Shown here in pieces: positions 40,845 to 54,612 of a stretch of DNA of 64,000 nt. The translations under genes and the position numbers were made by a program. This DNA is from Octopus sinensis (Eukaryota): assembly GCF_006345805.1 (NCBI RefSeq), contig NC_043005.1, forward strand, positions 107,136,001 through 107,200,000, in the 5' to 3' direction. Each line of letters opens with the position of its first letter. Position 1 is the stretch's first letter. The notes under the pieces are model-generated. The model had not been told where the DNA came from and did no database searches. It saw only the letters and a list, made by a program, of their open reading frames with translations.

Positions 40845-42151
40845 ACATCTATAACAGTTATCAATATCGATATATTCATTTATATAGATATAGATATAGA
40901 TTGATATGTATTATTTGTTCTATAATTATGTGTGCGTGCATATACATATGTATGCATGTATGCATGTATGTATGCATGTATGTATGTACGTATGTATATA
41001 TATACCTGCACACTCATATGTACACATATATACAATTGTTGCAACCTTGTGCTGTATATGTGAGTTTATGCTTGTGCGTCTGTGTGCGTGTGTGAGTGTA
41101 AGCGCATGTGTTATTCATTGCTCTGTACGTCTTCAACGAAAGAAAGTAAAGCTGACATATACTCAAGTGAAAGTGTATATCTTACTTGAGTGGCGTTATA
41201 CATGCAATTGTATATATCTACTTTGTTTCCGTCTTATTTTCTTCGAAACGCTATGCAGGAATATGGGGCGGTTCTGTTCTGGCATTAAAAGTAGTATTTT
41301 TAATTGTCAGAATAGTGTATTATAAAAGAACACCAAATGGAAATTTTATCTGATTCTAAATGGATGGAAAATACAGAAAAAAACAAAAAAAATTAAACAG
41401 AAACGGAAAATATAGCATAGCTATAATAGTAACGGCCTTTGCCGGAAACTTAAGTAAAAGACAATAAAAATAAAGTCATAATCTTGCATATAAAAGATTT
41501 GGCGCCAAAACCATTCGTTTTTATTCGGGCAGTGAATTTAATGAATTAGTTTGAAACCGTAGTCCGGCTTCTCACAGCTTTGAACTACAGGGTCATAGGA
41601 ACCTTAGGAAATAATGTTGTTATTGACAAAAGAAGTTTTTTTAAAGAATTTCGTCTGGATGGTGTAGGCGAATGTCGTTGAGAGAGTACTAATGCATGTA
41701 TATATGCATGGATGCATATACCTATGTACGTTATCATGTATGTAAATGTATGTATGTATGAATATGATTGTATATGTATTTATGTACGTATATACATTTA
41801 TGCGTATATATATATATATATATATGCGTGTGTATATAAAGAGAGAGCAAGCGAGAGAGAGAGAGGGAGAGAGAGAATGCGAGGGTAGGAGAGAGAAAGA
41901 CTGATACCTAAAGAATATATATTATACGCTGCCACGCTAAAAAGATTGCTAGATTGCAGCAGATAAACTATTGTTAGGAACAAGAGAAACTACGACTTTA
42001 TTCTGTAGAGAGAAGACGTGAGAGATATGTAACAATTTACATGTGGAATATATAAATGCCCGTACTGGACGCACTGCATATTAGCAACGCCACCGTCTAC
42101 TCAGACATGAGGGCCAGATACTGCAGTATATATGTATACATACACATATAT

Positions 42152-42211
<60 letters not shown>

Positions 42212-42307
42212 GTGTGTATTTATATATATATGTGTTTTCCAAAATGCAGGCGAACATCTTTCTCCATGTGGTTGGTTTGAAACATTGTTAAGGCATTACG
42301 ATATTTT

Positions 42308-42545
42308 CATTATTTACATTTGACGGATAATTGTCCGCATCTGGATTCTTGTTAAAACAACGTTTTGGCTGATGTACCCACCAGCCTTCATCAGGTGTCT
42401 TGGGGAAATTTCGAATCTGATGAAGGCTGGAGTGTACATCAGCCAAAATGTTGTGTTAACAACAAACAAGATGAGGACAAATATCCGTCAAATTCAACTG
42501 TAATTAATGTACATGATTCCTCATCTCTTAAATATAGAACTGTAT
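42308..42545. mobile_element. palindromic family D element: two inverted termini, each with a hammerhead-like motif
   Basis: Arms 42318-42394 and 42417-42493 are reverse complements around a 22-nt spacer; each reads CTGATGA-A-GGCTG-loop-CAGCC-AAAA-(C/T)GTT outward. Confidence 0.75.
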
Positions 42546-42711
42546 CATTACAGTATTTCCTTACTTTTCTTAACATGAATCCAATGGTAGCCAACAAATA
42601 AAGAAATTATATCCACCAATGTGGTCTTCACTCAGTTTTATCGTTCGACGCTTGTGTATATTTATATATATATATATCCAAATATGAGATACCAGTATTA
42701 TATATATATAT

Positions 42712-42756
<45 letters not shown>

Positions 42757-43069
42757 GGTGTGTGTATACACACACACACATATGGTGATTGCTCCATTTC
42801 CACAGATAATTGCCATACCCTTGTGCTTTGTCGCTGTCAATGGCTCTTCTGACCCACCATCGAGGACCTTTAAGATGACTACCGAGTTCGTTGCAGATCT
42901 GCATGGTTTGAAGCTCAGGGGACAGAGAAAGTTCTAACATCCTGCATGCTTCTAGCTGGTGTAGTCTGCAGTGTTTATCACTCCTCCATCATCATGGGAT
43001 GGTAACTGAGGTCACAGGCAAAGATACATCATTAGGTCAATAGATTATAGTGATAAACGCTTGTAGATA

Positions 43070-43212
43070 TTGTTCCCCACTTTATCTACCTTGAAATGAT
43101 GAAGGACGAAGTCGACCTCGGCGAAATTTGAACTAAGAAGATAGGGGTCGACGAAAATGGTGCTAATCATTTTACCAAGCGCACTAACGATTCTGCCAAG
43201 CACCGCCTTAAC
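43070..43212 (-). mobile_element. decayed family A SINE
   Basis: GAAGTCGACCTCGGCGAAATTTGAACT..CTAACGATTCTGCCAAGCACCGCCTT is the reverse complement of the family A head and body. Confidence 0.75.
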
Positions 43213-43238
43213 AGCAACAACAATACACATTATTATTA

Positions 43239-43313
<75 letters not shown>

Positions 43314-43317
43314 GTTT

Positions 43318-43875
43318 GAGCGAGAGACCAGTACATGCCATCAAAGTGACAGTGGGGTAAAATATACGAAACCCAGTATACCCATCATGACTACACGTCT
43401 GATAAGGGTGCACTAGGCACATGCATCACAACCATATGTGCACGACATGGTAACCTCATATCGAGATAAACAGCACATGACCTTGCAGGTGGGGCCCAGT
43501 TAGAACGTTCTTCTGGACGAGTAACCCATCTCGCTCAAAAGACCCCTGAAAAAGGGTTGTTTAAGGATGATGAAAGAAACACCTTTGTTTCCAGAGGTGA
43601 AGTATTCAAACCACAAAGAATCCCTCTCAACACATCGCTATGATGCTCCCCCACTACTTCTGCTCGAGATAAGAGATGCACATATTGTCAGCTACTAAGG
43701 GACATGTTCAACTGGTTAGGGTCAAACAACTGACAAGCAAATCTGTGGTATTGAGCAGAATATTTGCTGTAGCCCATCTTTTCATACCAAGACAAAACAA
43801 TGTACATGATAACACTTCCAATCAGTTAAGATCAGAAGCCACGAGAGCCACTGCCTGGTACTGCATGAGGGCATT
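43318..43875 (-). mobile_element. full-length family C repeat (about 560 bp) embedded in (ATT)n on both sides
   Basis: Flanked by (ATT)n at 43229-43313 and 43876-44021; colinear with 10091-10592. Confidence 0.88.
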
Positions 43876-43888
43876 TATTATTATTATA

Positions 43889-43936
<48 letters not shown>

Positions 43937-43950
43937 TATTATTATTATTA

Positions 43951-44022
<72 letters not shown>

Positions 44023-44765
44023 CTTTAATATTATTGGTGTTATTATGAGAATAACATTAACAACAATGACAACAACAGTAAAAAATGCTATAGCAATATT
44101 AGAAAAATTGCAAAGATTATGCTCATGCAAATGATGATGATTATGAATATGATAATTCAAAGGTCTTTGCAAAACGCCTAATTGTTAAGCAATTAAGAAC
44201 ACATCCGACACGCGAAGGTAAACGCCATGACGCATATTTTAATCGTCTTTTTATTATTCTGCAATGATGTAATAAAATTGGATTTCAAAATGCCCACTGT
44301 GTTGTTGGCGATGATATAACATGTATAATTCCATGTTTCCTTCCTTGTTTTGCTTCATCTACTCCCCTTTCATTGTCTCTTGTCACTCTTTCTCCTTCTC
44401 TCTTCTTCTTTTGTCTATGCCTGCCTTTCTGTACGTATGTATGTGTGTGCTTGGTGTGTGTATTATGTAATTGCTTGGTTTAATTCTTGCTGTTTTTTAA
44501 AAGTATCTTCTTTTACGTATTTATTTGCTATTTGCATGACAGCAGCAGGACTTGTATGACATCAGCAGAAAGAACTAATTCTCCCTATTTTTTATTTTCT
44601 CCTTAAATCTTCATTTTACTTTTTATCGCTTTTCAATTATTTTTTTTATTTCCCTTTCTCTATACTTCACTCTATCCCTATATACACACATACACACACA
44701 CACACACATATGTTTGTGTAGGCGCTGATATATATATACATATATATACATATACATATACATAT

Positions 44766-44798
<33 letters not shown>

Positions 44799-44828
44799 GT
44801 ACATATATATATATACATATATATATAC

Positions 44829-44859
<31 letters not shown>

Positions 44860-45164
44860 CACAGATATAAAGAAAGCGAGAGAGAGAGAGAGAGAAAGAG
44901 AGAGAAAGAGGGTGATCCAGCAGGCATGGAGTAGATCTGAACGTTTTAGCTAAGATTACATTACGCTGGCAATCATTAGGATTAAAGATAGAAACATATG
45001 AGTACGGATTTTCTCATCTTTAAAAGTATTCTCCAGGAAATGCGCTTATTCTGAGGATCTTTGGCTTGTTTATCATTTGATTTTATATTTATTGAAATAT
45101 ATTTTCATTTTATTTTAAGCTTTAAAATAGATAAAGAATGAAGGAAGAGAAATAAAATCTCACA

Positions 45165-45214
<50 letters not shown>

Positions 45215-45227
45215 CATAGATACATAC

Positions 45228-45262
<35 letters not shown>

Positions 45263-46704
45263 GAGGTAACTAAAAGAAAGAAAAGATTTCATTGTTGAGA
45301 CAAAATAGTGAGAGCGATAACCTTGTGAACATACACTTCTTAAATTGGTTTTATTCATGTCTTAAAGTGCTTTTAAGCGTTTGTGGAACGATAAGATTTA
45401 TAAAACCTGTCACTTTTAAACAATTGATCTGAACTAAAATCTAAAAGCGAAGATGACAAAGAAATTTCCTGGCATTAGGGATCATTTTAGAAGTTAATAA
45501 AACGTATTTTGGTTCTTTTGATGAGTTCGTCTTTGTATTACTCTATTTTATTTCAACCAATTCACCCCTTCATACATATATCCATCCATCTATCCATGCA
45601 TCTTATACTTACCATTTATCAACCAATATATGCTTATTGTTATTAATACAGAAAATTACCAATCAATAATCAATTAATATGTAACTCATTAAGACAATGA
45701 AATAGAAATGGAGATGACTAAATAATTTACACTACACTGCTTTGTTTTTATATAGTAATTTGAGGACCATTTTTAAGTACTCACTGGTTCATCATCTGTC
45801 AAGGATATACAAAATGAGAACTATTTGTGGTGCATTAAGATTGTTAAGCAATTTTATATCCATTCTCTTTATGCAATTATGCTTTTATCTACCTCGAGAA
45901 TGTTTTATAAAAAGCAGCCATTTGATAATTAAGCAGTGAAATTTCTTTGCAGCATTTATCTATTGGAATAAGAGATGCACGATTTCATATACTGCACATC
46001 AGATGTGAGCACTTCCCTTTCTCTCCAAATGGGAAAACGCAAGCTACACACAAACACACACACACACATACACATATAACCTTGTGAGAATGTTATGGAT
46101 TTTTAATGTTGAGAAATGATTCAATTCTATTGTTATTCTGTATGAAATTCCACAAGTCGAGATAGAACAGATTATAGTTAGAGTAACAATCATTAAAGAG
46201 TTCAACTATTTCCAAAGCAGGCGATAATCTTAACCTTTGTATATTAATAATGAAGCAAATTTGTTTAACTTTCATTACATAGCCACTTAAGTATAGTAAA
46301 TAATGAACAGTAAAACAGATTAATGCTGAGTACAAGAAAAATATGTGTGTACCACTAAATAAGCGATTAAAATTTAGAACTATTTCAAACTAGATTAACT
46401 CCACCAATTTGGTTTCGTTACGCAGCTGCATAACCTGCTAGAAATTTCGCCTAATCTCGCGCAAACCATAATGCCGCCTCCTAAAAAAAGAATTTATTCA
46501 GTAATAGATTTTTAGACTTACAAAAAGCCAAATTCCAATGGCTACAAGAAATTAGATTATGAATCTCTTTATATATTGACCTGGGACTAAACTAAAAAGA
46601 AATAAAATAAAATAAAGAAAACAATGAAATAACACTTGATAGATCTTATGGAAGTATCTTTGTGACCATTTGTTTGAACTTATTTTTCTGATCACTTTAT
46701 GATA

Positions 46705-48172
46705 ATGTTTTCACCTGATCACTGATAAAATTAGTGAACGAAGGAAATTGTAAATGGTCACTTTACCAGCTGGAAACAATGAACATTGCAGAAAAATCAG
46801 AGCCGAAACGCCTTTGATCATATGTTACCAACAAACAAGATGAGGACAAATATCCGTCAAAGGTAAATAATGTGCATAATTCCTCATCTCTTAAATATAG
46901 AACTGTAATGTACCAATGTTCTAATATAACAATGTGATATGCATCTTTGAGCATTATAATAGTAATTTTAAGAATCAAAGACATTCAGGAGCATTTCCAT
47001 TCAATGGAACGTTGCTTAACTGTTGTCTTCGTATATTGTTTTGCAATATTTGGAAAGGAGGTGGAGATTCACCAGACTTTCGGAGCCTGAAAAAAACGGG
47101 ATTTTGCATGAAAAATTCATTTTTGATATTTGCATAGTAAAATGAGTCATTAAATATATATAAATTAGTAAAAGGTCAATTTGCATTTTGATTTCTTACT
47201 TTAGATATATATTTATATTTTTACAATAAATTTAATTACAGTTTTGAAATAAGCATTGTAAATTTCCGACTCCAATATTTATAATTATATTTTCACAATA
47301 AATATAATTACATTTTACTGTATGTTTAATAAAATTTTCTTTAATGTAGCTTTATTAGATTACATATAATTCAATGAAATCCTCAAATATTACAAAAGGT
47401 TCCCCGCCTCATTGCATTTAATTCAATCCACTTTTTAAGCATACAAAGGTTTTCCCGCCTTTGGTTTTGTTATTGCAGATTTGTTAGGTTTTAAAGCTAC
47501 TAATAAAGCAGGACCACGGGAAAGCGTTTTAAAATTGTTTCAACGAAAATTAGATATTAATGATTCAAATTATAAATATTGGAGTCGGAAATTTACAATG
47601 CTTACTTCAAAACTGTAATTAAAGTTATTGTAAAAATATAAATATATATCTAAAGTAAGAAATAAAAATGCAAATTGGCCTTTTCCTAATTTATATATAT
47701 TTAATGAATCATTTTACTATGCAAACATAAAATTTTATCTTTTCATGCAAAATCCCGTTTTCTTCAGACTCCGAATGTCTGGTGGATCACAAACTCCTTT
47801 CCAAATATTGCAAAACAATATACGAAGACAACAGTTAAGCAACGTTCCATTGAATGGAAATGCTCCTGATAGTCTTTGTTTCTTATAATTACTATTTTAA
47901 TGCTTAAAGATGCAAGTCACGTTGTTATATTAGAACATTGGTACATTACAGTTCTATATTTATGAGATGAGGAATTATGCACATTATTTATATTTGACGG
48001 ATATTTGTCCTCATCTTGTTTGTTGGTAACATATGATCAAAGGCGTTTCGGCTCTGATTTTTCTGCAATGTTCGTAGTGACTGAGGGTGATTAGACCTTG
48101 TTTCTAGCTGGTAAAGTGACCATTTACCGGTTCCTTCGTTCACTAATTTTATCAGTGGTCAGGTGAAGACAT
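46705..48172. repeat. long inverted repeat (foldback): arms 46705-47286 and 47568-48172, spacer 281 bp
   Basis: Arms are reverse complements end to end (about 89% in a 70-nt window counted by hand; one roughly 22-nt indel near 48085-48106). Outer parts contain the family D terminus. Confidence 0.93.
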
Positions 48173-48711
48173 CACCTGACACCACATCATCATTTGCAGA
48201 TTTGTCCGACATCTGGACAAAGAGAGTTCAGTATCAAACGAAGGATATAAAAAGACTAAAATAAATAAATATTTGAATAAATAAAAATGAATTTTCGGAG
48301 AGCATCGTGAGAAGAAAATATAGAAAGAGAGAGAATGATTTTGAAAGAGTGTTTAGATAAGAATAAACAAATTAGAGAAATAGTAAGTTGAAGATAAGAA
48401 AGAGCGAGATATAGAGAGTGAAAAAGAGAGGAAGCAAAAGTGACGGAGAGGTAAAACGCTAAATATGAAAATATAGAGAAAAAAATTGTTTCACGCCATC
48501 GACCTTTCAAAGCTCAATTTGCTAGAAATAGCAACCAACGGACGAGCCTATAATTAGTTCTTACCTAGTCGTTAGTCAGACCAGTAAGCAACAGCCCAGT
48601 CTCACTCAAGTCAGACAAAACAGTCTTAGAAAGCAGAAGTCACTGGACTACGCCTGAAACCGAAACATCTTTCTGGAATAGTCCATCAGATTACGACTGA
48701 TCCTGTCTGTA

Positions 48712-48792
48712 ATGATCATCACCACACTCATCTTCAACAGCACCACCAGTACCACCACCACCACCAGCATCACCATCGTCATCGTCGACGTT

Positions 48793-48823
<31 letters not shown>

Positions 48824-49680
48824 ACATCATCATCAACAACAACAACAACAACGTCATTCTATTCACCATTCATTGTTTATCCCATCCAGTGCCATTTTGT
48901 CCTCCTCTTGCACTTTATCCGCATCATTACCACTTCATCTTCTTCATAACACTCCTCCTTTTCTTCATCCTCAGCCAGGTCCGCGTGTTTATCGTGCTCA
49001 TCATCATCATCATTGTCATCCTCCTCCTTCTCATCATCATCGTCATCATCATCATCATCAGCATCATAAAACGACCTTCCACCAATAAAACGACCTTACT
49101 CTTCGTCATAAAAGTTCATTAAAACCACCACCACCACCACCACCACTGCCGCCGCCACGACCACGACCACGACCGCCGCCGCCGCCGCCGCTATTGCCAT
49201 TACCACCATTATTATTAACATCATCACCATTATCATAAATGTATTAACCTTTACCACAAGCAGCACAATTTCTACCACAGTCGTCGTCGTCGTCATCATC
49301 ATCATCATCATCACCATCATCATCATCATAAACACCGTCGACGTTGTCGTCATTATCACTATCGTTATCTTCTTCATCAGCATTACATAACATCATCATT
49401 ACCATCCCTTTTTTGTTCTTTGCGTCATCATTGTCATCGTGGCCGTGGTCGTGGTCCTTTTAAAACGATGTAGACAACGCACCACCACCACCACCACCAC
49501 CATCATTGACTACCCAACCATTGTTTCGTCCTCCTTCTACCCACCACCATCACCACCACCACCTCACCGTCACGGATCTTCTGACGCTGCTTTACCACAA
49601 CTACCACCTACCTACCACTCTCCCGCACCACCTACACTATCACCACTAGAATTATTGTCAAAGCCATCATCGTAGTTATT
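48712..49680. repeat. 1-kb mosaic of CAT/CAC/CAA/CGT/CCG trinucleotide repeats
   Basis: Direct inspection. Confidence 0.9.
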
Positions 49681-50348
49681 AAACTACCTTTCCTCGACCG
49701 CCCGAACTTTTCCATAAGTGACAGGCTATTTTCTTTATGTATTTTATTCATTTATTTTCTTTTACACACTTCGAACATTTGATATTTCTCTTCTTGAAGA
49801 AATTTAGTTTTTATATTTTTATCTTCTTTTGTCATTTATTCCCATTATTTTCTTCATTTATTCAAATTACTTTTTGTTAATCTTTTTCTGCTTTTAGTTT
49901 TTTTTTCCTTTTAACCCTTTTTGGCCTTTGTCATTTAAGTAATTGTTTTTCTCCAATTTTTTATCTTTGATTGCTTTTATATATTTTAGATATTTTCTTT
50001 TTTTTTTTTATTATTTTACCCACATTTCCCCGACTGAAATGGGTTATATTTTTTGTATACTTATTGTGATTATTTTTTTCTTCCTTTCCTTTAATTATCT
50101 GACTGAATCCGATGAGTGTCACCACTCTAAGTGTTACAAAATAAGGAAGCTGTGTCAACTGAACCATTGCTCAAGTTGTAAATAAACTACAATAGTCATA
50201 AACATAAAATATAAAGCGATGTAAACACAGGGATGTTATAACAACAGGAACACATTCTTAATTCGTCGTACCACGGTTAAATCATCAGGCCGACACGCTA
50301 AGTTCAGTTCGATTCACAAAGATTACTCAGTTTGGCATCATTTTGCAT

Positions 50349-50752
50349 ACTCTTTTACTCTTTTACTTGTCTCAGTCGTTTGACTGCGGCCATGCTGGAG
50401 CACCGCCTTTAGTCGAGCAAATCGACCCCGGGACTTATTCTTTGTAAGCCCAGTACTTATTCTATCGGTCTCTTTTGCCGAACCGCTAAGTGACGGGGAC
50501 GTAAACACACCAGCATCGGTTGTCAAGCAATGCTAGGGGGACAAACACAGACACACAAACATATACACACACACTTATATATATATACATATATACGACA
50601 GGCTTCTTTCAGTTTCCGTCTACCAAATCCACTCACAAGGCATTGGTCGGCCTGGGGCTATAGCAGAAGACACTTGCCCAAGATGCCACGCAGTGGGACT
50701 GAACCCGCAACCATGTGGCTGGTTAGCAAGCTACTTACCACACAGCCACTCC
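50349..50752 (-). mobile_element. near full-length family B SINE
   Basis: Colinear with 12781-13252. Confidence 0.93.
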
Positions 50753-51560
50753 AATATTCTTCAACATTTGGTGAAATATGCATCTTTCCTTCCACATCTC
50801 TGCCGCTGGAAGTTCCTGATAAGCATCATGGATCACATCTAAAAACAGCTGATGCAGGTTAAATCCAAAGACACATCCATTTAAACGTTGCATCAAAAAG
50901 TTCACAAGCGTAATGTCTATTTAATCAGCTGCCTATAAAACACTTTCCTCAGCATCTATGACCACCATCGAACCTAGCAAACTACGCACAAATTTAGTCA
51001 TCCCGTGTTGTACATCATATGTAACTACAAAATAAACATCGTCATCAAATCTGTCATCCCAATCCTTCTCATACTCCTCCTCGTAATAAGCATCATTATT
51101 ATCATCATCATCATTAATATCATCATCCTTGCTATCAGTCATTATGATCACGCGGAAGAATCTATAGGCATCTCTTAGAATCAATCTGCCACGCAATATT
51201 AAGCGTAACTATAATTTTATAAACCCTTAGGGCCTATATAATTTCAGTTATATGTTAACAGTTTAGCTGTATGCTTATAGAGTTTAAACAGAAATATGTG
51301 GGCAAAATTACTTCTCAAAGAAAAGAAAACATTAATTGTGCTTTCATTAACAATTTTACAGTACTTATGCTGTGAACAGAGCTGTTTCCAGCTAAGTCGA
51401 GTAAAATTCTATTCCCTAAGATTTCCAGCGTCTATATTTGAGATTTTCTACCACAGATTCACACGTATGCACACGCATACACATGGTCACCTCCACCATC
51501 AAAGACATACATATGTGTAGATGCACACACACATGTATTTATGTATATATATATATATAT

Positions 51561-51606
<46 letters not shown>

Positions 51607-51711
51607 TATATGTATATATATGTATATCTATATATATATATGTATATATATATGTATAAATATATATACACACAGACGCACATATATCTATATATGTACA
51701 TGTTTATATAT

Positions 51712-51928
51712 TCTTTTTATTCTTTTACTTGTTTCAGTCATTTTACTGTGGCCATGCTGGAGCAATGCCTTTAGTCGAACAAATCGACCCCAGGACGTAT
51801 TTTTGTAAGCCTAGTACTTATTCTAACGATGTCTTTTGCCGAACCGGTTAGTTACAGGGATTTAAACACAACCAACATCGGTTGGCAAGTGATGGCGGTG
51901 GGACAAAGTCACACGAATACCACATAAG

Positions 51929-51973
<45 letters not shown>

Positions 51974-52295
51974 AGAGTTTACGAAAAAAACAATAAAAGA
52001 CGAAGACAGGTGGGATACAAACAAACACATGTACTAGTATATCGCTCAGGAATAGAAAAGGTCTTTTACGTTTCGAGCCTACGCTCTTCTACAGAAAGGG
52101 ACACAGAAAAAACAAGGAGAGAAAAAAAGTGTGTAGTGGCTAACGATCTATCATGGCGACTAGTGCCGGACAGAAGGATGTATATATATATATATTTATA
52201 TATATATATATATACGATGGGCCTCTTTCGATTTCCATCAACAAAATCCACTCACGAGGCTTTGGTCGGTTCGAGGCTACAGTAGGGGACATTTG
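51712..52295 (-). mobile_element. family B SINE interrupted in its (TA)n by a Penelope-like fragment
   Basis: SINE parts at 51712-51925 and 52213-52295; insertion at 51971-52180. Confidence 0.85.
51971..52180 (-). mobile_element. Penelope-like terminal fragment with variant minimal hammerhead (52061-52100)
   Basis: Minus strand: CCUUU-CUGUAGA-A-GAGC(GUAG)GCUC-GAAA-CGU-A-AAAGA; (TA)n on both sides. Confidence 0.65.
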
Positions 52296-52935
52296 TCATT
52301 TTGTCAACTTTAAATTTGTGTGTTCAAATTTCGATGAAGTAATCTTTTCCTTTCCTCCATTGGGCAACGATAAATGAAATACCAGTCAAGTACTGTAGTG
52401 TATGTAAGCAATTTTACACTTGCTCCAAAAATTGCTAGCTTTGCGCCAAAACTTAAAACACATTCAACCCCCATTTTGAATATTTTAGGTAACTTGTTAC
52501 CATTTAAACCAAACAAAAACAATATCGAAAACCTCCAAGATTAGAAAATATAATCGAAATAACTATCACCAGTAAATATTGAACGTAATGGTCATAATTT
52601 AATGCATACGTACACCACTATTCTAAAAGCGTCCACCAGAAATTATTTAATGCCATTTTCTAAAAACAAAATCAGAGAAAAAAGGAATAGGATCCAGTTG
52701 ATATGACTATACCTTTTACATTTTTTCGCTTTCTTTTCATTTTTGACATATTGTAGATTAATACGAATATTTTCCGAATATCTAGTATTTCTGGCCAAAT
52801 TCTTCCCCAAATGAAATTTTCAGTTGTCGCATTAAATTATATTTACAATACTTTTTCCTTTTCCTTTTTCCAACCACCTAAGCCCGGTTCTCTAACCGTA
52901 GCTTAAGGTTTTCTTGCTCGTAAAGAACAAATTCG

Positions 52936-53005
<70 letters not shown>

Positions 53006-53227
53006 CATACATATATCTCCAAAAATTTCAGCGTCAATTATATATATATATTTGTGTATACATATATATATTTGTGTTTATATTCATATATTTATATATA
53101 TAATTATGAGTTGTCGTCACATACGTTTAAGGTGAGTCAAGATTACTCCAATCTATATTGTACGAAATGAAGAAATTTTCTCGAACTTGTACAATTACAC
53201 ATCTGTGCGTGTAAATGTCTGCGATTG

Positions 53228-53259
<32 letters not shown>

Positions 53260-54165
53260 GTGTGTGTGTGTATGTATATATTTATATGTATATATGTGCA
53301 TGTGTGTGAGTAAGTATGTATATATGTATATATATATATTTATATATATATATTTCTATGTAGGTAACTATATATAATATATGTATGTACGTACGTATGT
53401 ATACAAGCATATGTCTGTGTGTGTGTGAGTGCGTCTGTGTGTTTTATATAGACATAACGATGGTTATGGTAAATAAACAAGAAAGAAAAATTTCTACAGA
53501 AATCTATTCATTTATTTCATATAGATGTTGGGATTATTAATAGAGTTAGACATCAAATATATTCATGGTCTATTTGATTATTTGTAATGAACTGTATAGA
53601 TCAATAGGTGATTGGTTTTATTGACTTTTAAGAAACGAGGGTAAAAGCGTAGTGTGACATTCATGATGGTATTATGTGAATTCAGCTACGGATGCACGGA
53701 AATCGAAACCAGGATGCACATATACTTTTTCGGAAAGAGATAAAATGAAATGATTATATTAATTAAAACCATAATCTGTATCTTTGGTTTATATATTTCT
53801 CCTGTATCAGCTGCGGCTAAAATAGTAGTAAGTAATTGTATGGATAAGTATGAAAAATATAAAGTAATTTTATTTCTGCCCTTAATATAATATGTTTCGA
53901 ATCCTACTTGATTCACCTCGATATGTTCTACAACGAACTTGGATTGGGGGATGTATTGAATATCAATAAAGCATCTGTATACAACTTCAATTAGAATAGA
54001 AAATATGATACCACGTTTAGCTATTGGAACTGTCTCAATCAGGGATGAATGTACGGATTCCATGATACTTTCAAGTCTTCTGTTACTAGTGAGAAGAAGG
54101 GAGAGTGTTATTCTGAGACAAGATGCATACAGAAAATATTTAAAATATCATTATCGTGTCATACC

Positions 54166-54378
54166 TATTTCTTTACTACCCACAGAGAGAGCAAACAAGG
54201 AGAGAAAAACGGATTAAGTCTATTATATCGACCCCAGTGTGTAACTAGTCCTTAATTTATCGACCCCGAAAGGATGAAAGGCAAAGTCGACCTCGACGGA
54301 ATTTGAACTCAGAACGTAGCGGCAGACGAAATACCGCTAAGCATTTCGCCCGGCATGCTAACGTTTCTGTCAGCTCGT
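54166..54378 (-). mobile_element. family A SINE
   Basis: Reverse complement of the 13688-type unit. Confidence 0.92.
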
Positions 54379-54390
54379 GTCATTCCGTCT

Positions 54391-54612
54391 CAAAAGGGTC
54401 GGTTTCTGGTTTCCAGGGCATAGATATTCATCACCTGGACGGGACGCCGATCCATCGCAGGATTACTCATTTTTGCCAGCTGAATGGACTACAGCAATAT
54501 GAAATGAAGTGTTTTGCTCAAGAATATAACACCTCTCCTGGTCCAGGAATCGAAACCACAATCTTATGAACATGAGTCCAACACACTAACCACTAAACCA
54601 CGTGCCTTCACA
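54391..54612 (-). mobile_element. tRNA-derived CORE-like SINE sharing its tail with the 12237 copy
   Basis: Minus strand: GAAGGCACGTGGTTTAGTGGTTAG..GGTTTCGATTCCTGGACC, CTTGAGCAAAACACTTCATTTC, GCGATGGATCGGCGTCCCGTCCAGGTG..GAAACCGACCCTT. Confidence 0.85.

Noticed and set aside
50933-51196. Acidic 87-aa ORF
   Set aside because: Explained by a decayed (GAT)n tract; no splice or homology support.
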